Positions 16,782 to 24,139 of a stretch of 24,139 bases of DNA are shown here, piece after piece. Under the pieces are notes generated by a model, which made no database searches, had not been told where the DNA came from, and saw only the letters and a program-made list of their open reading frames with translations. Position numbers and translations under genes: made by a program. Numbering within the stretch: the stretch's first letter is position 1; every line of letters starts with the position of its first letter. Source of the DNA: Myxococcales bacterium (GTDB taxonomy: Bacteria > Myxococcota_A > UBA9042); NCBI GenBank assembly GCA_037441385.1, contig JBBISH010000101.1:1-24139 (forward strand), given 5' to 3'.

Positions 16782-18431
16782 CTACTTCTTGGCCTTGCCT
16801 TCGGCCAGCAAGCCTTCTAGCCACGATTGCGCGGCCGGGACCGTCCAGCCCGTGCCCTTGTGCGCGCCGCGGATGCGCCCCTGGCCGTCGACCACCAAGA
16901 AGGTGGGAACGCTTTCTGTATCCAGCACTTCCATGGCGTCGGGGCCGACCCAGGCGATCGCCGGGCCGCCAGGCAGTTGCTCGCGCACAAACTCTTCTAG
17001 CGCCTGCTCGTCCTTGTCGATGCTAGCTGCGACCACCAGCAGGCCTTTGCTGGCCAGGCGCGCGTGCAGCTCGGCCACTTGCGGCGCCGTCGCGCGACAT
17101 GGCCCACACCACGTGGCCCACACGTCGATGAGCAGGACCTTGCCCGCCAGACTGGCCGGCGGCTTGTCCAGGCCAAACCAGCGCTGCACGGCGATCTCGG
17201 GCAGGCCTTGGCCCACGCGCGGATCGGTCGCCCAGTCCAGCGGCGCTGCCGGAGCTGCCGGCGCGGCCTTGGCGGTCGCTTCCAGCACCGTGGCCTTGCT
17301 GTCGCCCGTCTGGACCAGCCGGTCCGCGGGGAAGGCCAAGTCGGCCGCAAAGTAGGCATCCACGCCTGCGCCCGCCACCGACGGTTGTAGTCCGGCGATG
17401 CGATAAACCCCTTGCGGAGCAGCCACTTCAAAGATGCCGGCTTTGTCGGTCAGGGCCGTCTGGCTGTCCTGACTCAGACCAGCGGCGTCCGTCAGCCGCA
17501 GCGTCACACGCGTCGCCGCCAGCGGCTTGCCGGCCATCATCAGCTGAAATTTCAGCTGGCTCGCCCCCTGCCAGCGCACGCTGCGCTTGGTCGACTCCGT
17601 GCGCGGCTTGACCACCGACGGAAACGGCGGGGCGATCTGCAGCCAGTCGCCCGCCACCTCGTGCACCGGTAGGTTGCTCGCCGACACCAGCACGGTGCCG
17701 TCGGCGCGACTCTTCAGTTCCACTTTCCAATCCGAAAGTTGCAGCGTTGCACCCTCGCGCGGATCTACGGTGACCATGCCGGTCCCTTGCTGGCCACCGG
17801 GGCTGCCCAGCGCACCGCTGCCCGCCTGCACCGCCCAGCGGTAGGTCGCCGACTCGCCCACCCGGAGGTCGCTGTCAAAGGCAATGCCCAGGGTCTGCTT
17901 GCCGCCCTGAGCCAAGTAGGCCGCACCCTGCTTGGCCAGAAGCGGCGCCTTGGACGGCGGCGGAAACATACGCTCCATCGCCATGCGCTCTAGCTTGAGC
18001 ACCACCGCCTGGCCTTGGCGACGGAATTCGATCTCGGCCGTGGTCCCCACCGCGCCGCGCACGTGCTCGACCACTTGGGGCACCTTGGCGCCCGGCGGCA
18101 CCACGTAACTGTCGATGCGCACGAACTGATCGCCCGGCTGCACACCGGCCCGGTGCGCCGGCCCGCCCGGCACCACTTGCTGCACGTACACGCCGTCGGC
18201 CTTGCCCTCTAGCACCGCGCCGATGCCGCCCTGACCCTGATCTTTGGGCTTGCTGGCCGCCGCGGCGACAAAGGGCCACTTGGGCGACGGCAACGGTGCT
18301 GCTTTGGCGTCGGCCGTAGCGGCCTGGGCAGGTAGTGGCGTGGCCGTACCGATCGCGGTCGCGACGAGGCCTGCGGCCAGGACCGCGCCCCAGCGGCGGG
18401 CGCGTTGGATAGACAACTTCGATGGGGTCAC
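16782..18431 (-). CDS. Exported PDZ + TlpA-type thioredoxin multidomain protein
   Basis: Signal peptide ending AQA. PDZ (GGIGAVL, VVPGGPAHRAGVQPGD). C-terminal LAGKVLLIDVWATWCGPC...SVPTFLVVD. GGAG before GTG. Confidence 0.88.
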   Translation of the reverse strand: MTPSKLSIQRARRWGAVLAAGLVATAIGTATPLPAQAATADAKAAPLPSPKWPFVAAAASKPKDQGQGGIGAVLEGKADGVYVQQVVPGGPAHRAGVQPGDQFVRIDSYVVPPGAKVPQVVEHVRGAVGTTAEIEFRRQGQAVVLKLERMAMERMFPPPSKAPLLAKQGAAYLAQGGKQTLGIAFDSDLRVGESATYRWAVQAGSGALGSPGGQQGTGMVTVDPREGATLQLSDWKVELKSRADGTVLVSASNLPVHEVAGDWLQIAPPFPSVVKPRTESTKRSVRWQGASQLKFQLMMAGKPLAATRVTLRLTDAAGLSQDSQTALTDKAGIFEVAAPQGVYRIAGLQPSVAGAGVDAYFAADLAFPADRLVQTGDSKATVLEATAKAAPAAPAAPLDWATDPRVGQGLPEIAVQRWFGLDKPPASLAGKVLLIDVWATWCGPCRATAPQVAELHARLASKGLLVVAASIDKDEQALEEFVREQLPGGPAIAWVGPDAMEVLDTESVPTFLVVDGQGRIRGAHKGTGWTVPAAQSWLEGLLAEGKAKK

Positions 18432-18504
18432 GGTGACTCCTGGAATTCGGACGGGTTGGCAACTTGAAGGGTGGCGACTGGCCCGGCGACCACCGGCGTT
18501 GCGA

Positions 18505-20424
18505 TCAGCCTACCACGTGCGCAACCGTGGCACGAAACCGCTTCAGGTCAATCGGCTTCTCTAGGCAGGGGCGCCCGGCCATTCCCAGGCGCTGATCGGC
18601 ATCGTCGGCAAACGCGCCGCCCGTGATGAACACCAGCCGCCCGGCCTGCTCGGGCCGCACCTGCAACAACTGACTGTACAGTTCAATGCCCGACACATCC
18701 GGCATCATGATGTCGCAGACGATGGCATCAAAGGACTGCCCCTCGACCAGCCGCTGCAGCGCCCGCCGCGAGTCCGTCTCCACCACGACATCGTGCTGCG
18801 AATTCAGGATATTGCGCATGATGAGCGCCACGGTCGGGTCGTCGTCGACGACCAGCACCAGGCCGCGCTTGGGCCGGATCTGCAGGGGCTGCGGAGCCGC
18901 CTCGGCGGCTGTTGGCGCGGGCGCCGCGGGTAGTCGCACCTCTACGCCGCTGTAGTGCTCGCGCGCCACAGGCAGCAGGCGCCCGCCGTACGACTGCAAC
19001 ACGCTGGCACACAGACCCACCGACCCGACCAGCGGCTGCTCCACGTTCTGCACCATGGCCAGGTCCAGCCGCACGGCTAGCGGCGCTACCAGCCGCACGC
19101 GCGCTTCGCCAGCGTCGGTGTCCAAGGTCATGGTCAAGTCGCCGCTGCCGATGGCCGAGCGATGCACGGCCAAGCCGGCTGCCACCAACAAGTGCGCCAG
19201 GGCCTGGGACAATCGCGCCTCGTCGGCCAAGACGGGCGGCGCCGCGTCGACCTGCAGCGTCAGCTGCACGCCACTGGGCAGGCGCGCGTCGACCAGTTGG
19301 CAGGTCGACTGCAAGACCTCGGCCAAGCTCACGCGATGCGGATCTGAGGTCGAAGGCAGCGAAAGCGTGCGGAAATCGGTCATAATCGAGCGCACGAGGC
19401 GCGCCGCCGCCGCCGCCGCCTCGGCGTGTTCGCGAACATTGGCCAGTTGGGCCAGCACGTCGCCGCAACTGTGCCCAGGTTGGCCGCCTTGGACAGAGCC
19501 CGCCGCATGGAGCCGCTCTACAGTCGCCTGCAGCACCGGCAATTCTTCGACCGCGAGCTCCAGCTGACCGAGCAGGACGGCCAGGGGATTGTTCAATTCG
19601 TGCGTCAGCCCCGCCGCCACCCGTCCCAGCGTGGCCGTGGTGTTGGCTTCGGCCAGCTCGGCTTCCAGCGCGTGGCGTTCGGTCAAATCGCGGACCAGAG
19701 TCGCGCGCGCCACGCCACCCCCAAACGGGATGGTCACCGTGCGCAACTCGGCCGGATGGGCGCCACCGTCGCTCGAGCGCAAGCGCCGCTCGACCGGGAC
19801 CAGGCTATCGCCCGACATTGCTTCGATCAGCCGCCGTCGCGCCGCTGGCTGCTCTTCGGCCACGAACATCTTGTCGATGACGGCCTGGATTGACATGCCA
19901 GTTGGGTCAAATCCGTATCGCTCCCGCAGGGTTGCATTGCAGAATAGCACCACGTCGCGGTAGACGATGACCCCATCGGGCAGGCTGGCAATCAGCTGCA
20001 GCAGGCCGTCGTTCAAGCTGAGCTCGCGTTCGCGCGCCTTCAGGTCGTCGGTGATGTCTTCGGCGATGCCCACCAAGCGGGTGGGGACGCCGTCGGCGTC
20101 GCGAACGGGCCACAGGCTCAAATCGACCTGGCGCGGCCCGCGTTGGCGGTGGTGGACCGTGACGCGCACATTGGCGCGGCCATCGCCCAGATTGGCGATG
20201 ACTTGCCGCACCCGCGCCAAGCTTTCTTCTGGCAGACACTTGTGCCAGACGTCAGGCGCATCCAGGACTTCTTGCACCGTGACGCCGCAAATGCGTTCGA
20301 CTGCTGGGCTGATGTAGAGTGCCGCCCGAGTCGCCACGTCCGTCAGGAAAACGACCTGCGGCAGGTGCGCGGCCACTTCGGCAAGCAATGCAAGGCTGTT
20401 CGACTCGCTGGCCACGGGCAACAC
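18505..20424 (-). CDS. Cytoplasmic PAS-PAS-HisKA-REC hybrid sensor with degenerate HATPase domain
   Basis: Two PAS/PAC-like segments (YISPAVERICG; LVGIAEDIT; LVRDLTER), H-box THELNNPL, and an intact receiver (VVDDD, CDIMMPD, FITG, EKP). N/G boxes are altered. Start approximate. Confidence 0.85.
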   Translation of the reverse strand: MLPVASESNSLALLAEVAAHLPQVVFLTDVATRAALYISPAVERICGVTVQEVLDAPDVWHKCLPEESLARVRQVIANLGDGRANVRVTVHHRQRGPRQVDLSLWPVRDADGVPTRLVGIAEDITDDLKARERELSLNDGLLQLIASLPDGVIVYRDVVLFCNATLRERYGFDPTGMSIQAVIDKMFVAEEQPAARRRLIEAMSGDSLVPVERRLRSSDGGAHPAELRTVTIPFGGGVARATLVRDLTERHALEAELAEANTTATLGRVAAGLTHELNNPLAVLLGQLELAVEELPVLQATVERLHAAGSVQGGQPGHSCGDVLAQLANVREHAEAAAAAARLVRSIMTDFRTLSLPSTSDPHRVSLAEVLQSTCQLVDARLPSGVQLTLQVDAAPPVLADEARLSQALAHLLVAAGLAVHRSAIGSGDLTMTLDTDAGEARVRLVAPLAVRLDLAMVQNVEQPLVGSVGLCASVLQSYGGRLLPVAREHYSGVEVRLPAAPAPTAAEAAPQPLQIRPKRGLVLVVDDDPTVALIMRNILNSQHDVVVETDSRRALQRLVEGQSFDAIVCDIMMPDVSGIELYSQLLQVRPEQAGRLVFITGGAFADDADQRLGMAGRPCLEKPIDLKRFRATVAHVVG

Positions 20425-20539
20425 ATCGCTTGGGGCGGACTGCGCCCCACTGGTCTAGGGTAGCCCGGACGCTCGCAAAACGCCACAGCGGGGACAGGCG
20501 GCCTGTGGGCCATGGGGTGGCCGCACCCACTCATGCGCA

Positions 20540-20605
20540 ACCCACGCGACTCGCGCCTGTACGGCTTCGCCGGCCCGCTGTGCAACCGGCGAGAATCAGG
20601 TGGGA
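20540..20605 (+). repeat. 66-bp hairpin element, copy 2 (between divergent genes)
   Basis: 53/66 identical to copy 1, ungapped (hand count). Similarity continues about 50 bp further (GACCACGGTTCGGGCCC.. vs GACCCCGGTTCGGACCC..). Confidence 0.85.
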
Positions 20606-20742
20606 CCACGGTTCGGGCCCCATGAACTTCCGGAACATTCCAGCCGATTCAAACGGATCCGGATTCATGACCGCTGCTTGACCTGGGCGCGGAACTGGCG
20701 CCCAATTCCGTGGGCGCGGCGTCTACAGCTGCGGGCAGTGTC

Positions 20743-21870
20743 ATGCGCGGACGTATTGTTTTCAATGGCAATATTGGCTCGCCCAGCGCCTTGATGGCGC
20801 GCACGCGGCCGTTTCTGCGCGCGCGCGACGGCGGCCAGCCCAAGGTGCTGCTGGTCACCGCGGCGTGGGGGCCGGGCGAGTATGGCGAGCAAATCGCGCG
20901 CGATGCGCTGAATGCCGTGGGTATCCATTCGGACTGGCACGGTGGTTTCGATCGCAATATCTATAACTTGTGTGCATGGCACGTCTGGCAGGAGTACCTG
21001 GAGCGTCACCCCCACGTGGCCGCCGTGGATGCAGAATTGCGCGCCGTGCAGGAAGCGACCCGTCGCTTCTACGTGGACAAGACCAGCTTTCACGCCGAGC
21101 GGATTCGGCACGCCGTCCGTTATGCTCGCGAAAAATTGGGTGATTTTCGGCTCGGACACCTGCCGCTGGTCGAGCGCGAGAGCTTGCGGCCTGGCGCCAC
21201 CCTGAGCGGTCGCGATTTGTTGCAGCGGGCGCTGGTGCGCGAGCTCATCCACGACCTGGCCGACTTGGTCAGCAACGACCAGCGGATGCTGGCGGCGCTG
21301 GAAGAGGAAGAGGGCCTGCTGCCGGCCCGCACGGGGCTGCGCCTGGACCGCGACTGGCAGGCCCAGCAGCGCCTGTTGAGTCAACGGATTTTGGCCGCCG
21401 ACGTGGTTTTTTTGTTTGGCGGCGACCCCGGGGCGCTGTTGGCGTCACTGCGCTTCTTTGACTTGCAGCCCACCTTGGTCGAGGCGTTGCGGCGCGGGAC
21501 GACCTTTGTCGCGATTTCGGCAGGCTCGCTGGTCCTTTGCGAGCGGATGATCATCTACGACAACTTCTCGCCAGATCCAGGGCGGCGCGAATTCCGATTG
21601 ATTGACCGCGGTTTGGGATTGGTCGGCGGCGTCCAAGTCTTGCCGCACTGCATGGACCGCATCCACACCGACGACCCGGACAACTTGGCCTACTTGGCGC
21701 GGCGGTTTTCGAGCCACCGCTGCGTGGGTTTGAACGAGGAAAGTTTCTTGTTGGTCGAGCCCAGCACCGGTCAGGCGCTTTCGGTCGGCGAGCACGACGG
21801 CGTCTACGTGTTCGGTGCCGACGGCGTCAAATGGCGCTTCCATGCCGGCGAGCGCGTGCCCTTGGAATGA
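20743..21870 (+). CDS. Peptidase S51 / class I glutamine-amidotransferase-like hydrolase (cyanophycinase/peptidase E-like)
   Basis: ADVVFLFGGD, nucleophile elbow AISAGS, GLGLV...VLPH, VGLNE. Confidence 0.8.
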   Translation: MRGRIVFNGNIGSPSALMARTRPFLRARDGGQPKVLLVTAAWGPGEYGEQIARDALNAVGIHSDWHGGFDRNIYNLCAWHVWQEYLERHPHVAAVDAELRAVQEATRRFYVDKTSFHAERIRHAVRYAREKLGDFRLGHLPLVERESLRPGATLSGRDLLQRALVRELIHDLADLVSNDQRMLAALEEEEGLLPARTGLRLDRDWQAQQRLLSQRILAADVVFLFGGDPGALLASLRFFDLQPTLVEALRRGTTFVAISAGSLVLCERMIIYDNFSPDPGRREFRLIDRGLGLVGGVQVLPHCMDRIHTDDPDNLAYLARRFSSHRCVGLNEESFLLVEPSTGQALSVGEHDGVYVFGADGVKWRFHAGERVPLE

Positions 21871-21877
21871 GGCGCAC

Positions 21878-21943
21878 CCCAACCTGATTCTCGCCAGTTG
21901 CAGAACGGGCATCAGAAATCGTACAGGCGTGAATCAGGTGGGC
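21878..21943 (-). repeat. 66-bp hairpin element, copy 3 (inverted, between convergent genes)
   Basis: Reverse complement is 55/66 identical to copy 1, ungapped (hand count). Fills nearly the whole 79-bp gap between two stop codons. Confidence 0.88.
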
Positions 21944-21949
21944 TTCGCA

Positions 21950-22771
21950 TCAGGGGCTGCCCAGGCAGGCGGCCGCCGAGCAGCTGGCGACCGAAAACAC
22001 CACCGAATCCGCGCCGGCTTGCGACAGGCACGTGGACAAGCAGCCCGTGCAGCCCTTGGCGCACGCCCAGACTTTGGCCAAGGTCCGTTCGCACGGGCTG
22101 CCCAGCTTGCATTGCAGCGAGCCGCCTGGGCATTTGGCGATCATGCACTCGGCGCCCGCCTTGGCGCCCGGTACGCAGTCGTAGGCGCAGTTGCTCGCGT
22201 CTTCGCCCTTGCTGCACAGGCTGTCGCCGCACAGGGGCGCGCAGTCGGCCGGGCAGGTGTCGGGGCCCTCGCTTGGGCTGCACAGTCCGTCGCCGCAGGC
22301 CAGCGAAGTGCCGTCGTCGTCTGTGGTTTCGCTGCTGCCGCCGTCGCCCGCGTCGCTGGTCGCGGTCCCGCCGCCCTGCCAGTAGCCGGTGCCGCCGCCG
22401 TCGCCTTTGCCACCCGAGCCGGTCGCTTTGGCGACGCACACCGCGGTAAATGGAGTGATCTTGCCAGCGTCGCTGGTGTCGGCGTCGGCGACCTGCTCGC
22501 ATTGGCCGCTGGGGCAGTAGGCCACGGTCAGCCACAGCTTGGTGCCGGTGTCGCAGACTTGGCGGATGCCGTCGATGCTGGGGTCGCAGCGCTCGCGGTC
22601 GCGGCTGGGATCGCACGGGTCGGGCGTGTCGACGAGCGGCGTGGGCTTGGGCGCGTGGCAAGCGGGCAGGGCGCTGCCGGTCGCCGCGGCAAGTAACACA
22701 AGCCAGGTCAAGAGGTTGCGCTGATTGCCCCCCCTGGCTTGCCTGCGGTTGTCGGTGTCGCCATACCCCAC
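21950..22771 (-). CDS. Cysteine-rich putative lipoprotein
   Basis: Hydrophobic stretch LLTWLVLLAAATGSALPA-C and two CGDxLCSxxExxxxCxxDC repeats. Start uncertain (GTG 22771 or ATG 22837). Confidence 0.7.
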   Translation of the reverse strand: MGYGDTDNRRQARGGNQRNLLTWLVLLAAATGSALPACHAPKPTPLVDTPDPCDPSRDRERCDPSIDGIRQVCDTGTKLWLTVAYCPSGQCEQVADADTSDAGKITPFTAVCVAKATGSGGKGDGGGTGYWQGGGTATSDAGDGGSSETTDDDGTSLACGDGLCSPSEGPDTCPADCAPLCGDSLCSKGEDASNCAYDCVPGAKAGAECMIAKCPGGSLQCKLGSPCERTLAKVWACAKGCTGCLSTCLSQAGADSVVFSVASCSAAACLGSP

Positions 22772-23043
22772 GTGGCACCCGAATCGCGGCGCCGTCGCCG
22801 CGGCGGCTTGAGTGCAAGCCGTCCCAGATTCTAGCATGGCAGTGGCGGCATGCCATGGCCGGACGGTCGTTGGCCACCGCCGCCGCGAGCCGGCAAGCCG
22901 TACTGCCGTGAATCGGCTGGGGTTGGTAGCCGCGGGCCTGGGCACAGGGAGCGGCTGGGATGGCAACGAGAACCTTGGAGCCGAATCGGCCTGGTCGGAT
23001 CGTGAATCGCGCCAAACCTGGCGAGTGGAATGGGGCCGTTGGC

Positions 23044-24139
23044 ATGCAAAACCAAGAAACTCGCGTCGCGTGGAAAAGCTTCGTTGTGCTGCTGCTTTGG
23101 GCCATGCTGGCCGCGAGCGGCTGTGGCAGTGACACCGCGGCGACGTCCACAGCCGGTGCGGACTCCTCCAGTGCCGACGCCCAGAGCGATGTGACATTGT
23201 GTCCGGGCGGTTATGGCTGCGTCTGCGCCTCGGACGAGGAGTGCCCGTACGACAGCCAATGCCTTGAAACAACAGAAGGTCTTCGCTGCGCCTTGCACTG
23301 CGCTGCCAACGAATGCCCCGGCGCCTACACGTGCGCGCAAGTCGCCAAGACCGACTCCAAAGGCAACCCGACCATCGTCAACCACGTATGCGTGCAGAAG
23401 TGGCCACGCGTATGCGATCCGTGCACCGGCAGCGCCCAGTGCCTGACCGCCGGCGACGCCAAGGCCAAGTGCGTGGCCATCGACGGTGGGGTCGGCGCCA
23501 GCGGGTGGTATTGCGGCAGTGCTTGCGCCGCCGACACCGATTGCCCACCCGCCTACGGCTGCAAACAAGTACCTGTGCGCGAAGGAGGAACGGCGCTGCA
23601 GTGCGTCCCCAACTCGCAACAGTGCTCGTGCAGCGGCGCGGCGGTGGCCGCCCAGAAATCCACGACATGCTTGGCGGTGGTCGGCAGCGGCAAAGAGCCC
23701 ACCTGCGCCGGCACCCGCGCTTGCGGCAGCGACGGCCTGGGCGCCTGCCAACCCGGTGCCGGGACTGCAGAATCCTGCAACGGCTTGGACGACGACTGCG
23801 ACGGCGCCATCGACAACGCCACTGGTGCCGACGGCCAAGCCACCGCCGCCTCGTGCGACGACGGATTGCCTTGCACCACCGACCTTTGCGACCCCAAGAC
23901 TGGCTGCCAGCACACCGCGAACACCGAACCGTGCGACGATGGCGACGCCTGCACTTCGGGCGACGCCTGCAGCGTCGACGGCTGCAAGGGGGCAAAAATC
24001 ACCTGCCAAGACAGCCAGTTGTGCACAGACGACGTGTGCGACCCCGCCCAGGGCTGCGTCTTTCCCCCCAACACCGCCCCGTGCGACGACGGCAAGCTGT
24101 GCACCGGCCCCGACGCCTGCAAAAACGGCGCTTGCCAGG
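23044..24139 (+). CDS. Large cysteine-rich repeat lipoprotein, 3'-truncated by the window (absent from the ORF track)
   Basis: Own translation: MQNQETRVAWKSFVVLLLWAMLAASG-C..., then ESCNGLDDDCDGAID and repeated CDDGxxCTxDxC-type units. No stop before the window end. Confidence 0.88.
   Translation, partial: MQNQETRVAWKSFVVLLLWAMLAASGCGSDTAATSTAGADSSSADAQSDVTLCPGGYGCVCASDEECPYDSQCLETTEGLRCALHCAANECPGAYTCAQVAKTDSKGNPTIVNHVCVQKWPRVCDPCTGSAQCLTAGDAKAKCVAIDGGVGASGWYCGSACAADTDCPPAYGCKQVPVREGGTALQCVPNSQQCSCSGAAVAAQKSTTCLAVVGSGKEPTCAGTRACGSDGLGACQPGAGTAESCNGLDDDCDGAIDNATGADGQATAASCDDGLPCTTDLCDPKTGCQHTANTEPCDDGDACTSGDACSVDGCKGAKITCQDSQLCTDDVCDPAQGCVFPPNTAPCDDGKLCTGPDACKNGACQ

Noticed and set aside
18505..20424. 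Pseudogene call for the hybrid kinase
   Set aside because: The reading frame is uninterrupted and the PAS, H-box and receiver motifs are intact. Only the ATP-binding boxes are altered.

Overview
GC-rich bacterial window. Myxococcota/deltaproteobacterial affinity is inferred from the Cys-rich lipoproteins, the FHA + MBL-hydrolase pair and the hybrid kinase. It has about 19 credible CDSs: secreted Cys-rich lipoproteins at both ends, two putative outer-membrane proteins, a HisKA_3/NarL two-component pair, a REP-associated tyrosine (HUH/Y1) transposase (RAYT), maeB, DUF1579-like, SEC-C, FHA and MBL-fold genes, a ZnuC/ZnuB-type ABC pair with no binding protein in view, DedA, a PDZ-thioredoxin fusion, a PAS hybrid kinase with an apparently dead ATPase domain, and an S51-type hydrolase. 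The most striking content is non-coding. The RAYT (7703-8194) is flanked by inverted arrays of a 26-nt GTAG-type REP. A near-copy of its upstream four-REP array (same 62/60/60 periodicity) sits 4.85 kb away, between two copies of a separate 96-bp repeat, so that REP arrays bracket a four-gene block. The window also holds a different 66-bp hairpin family (3 copies), a BoxC-like element, and a half-REP supplying the maeB stop codon. All calls come from reading the sequence only, with no searches run. Several start codons are best guesses.
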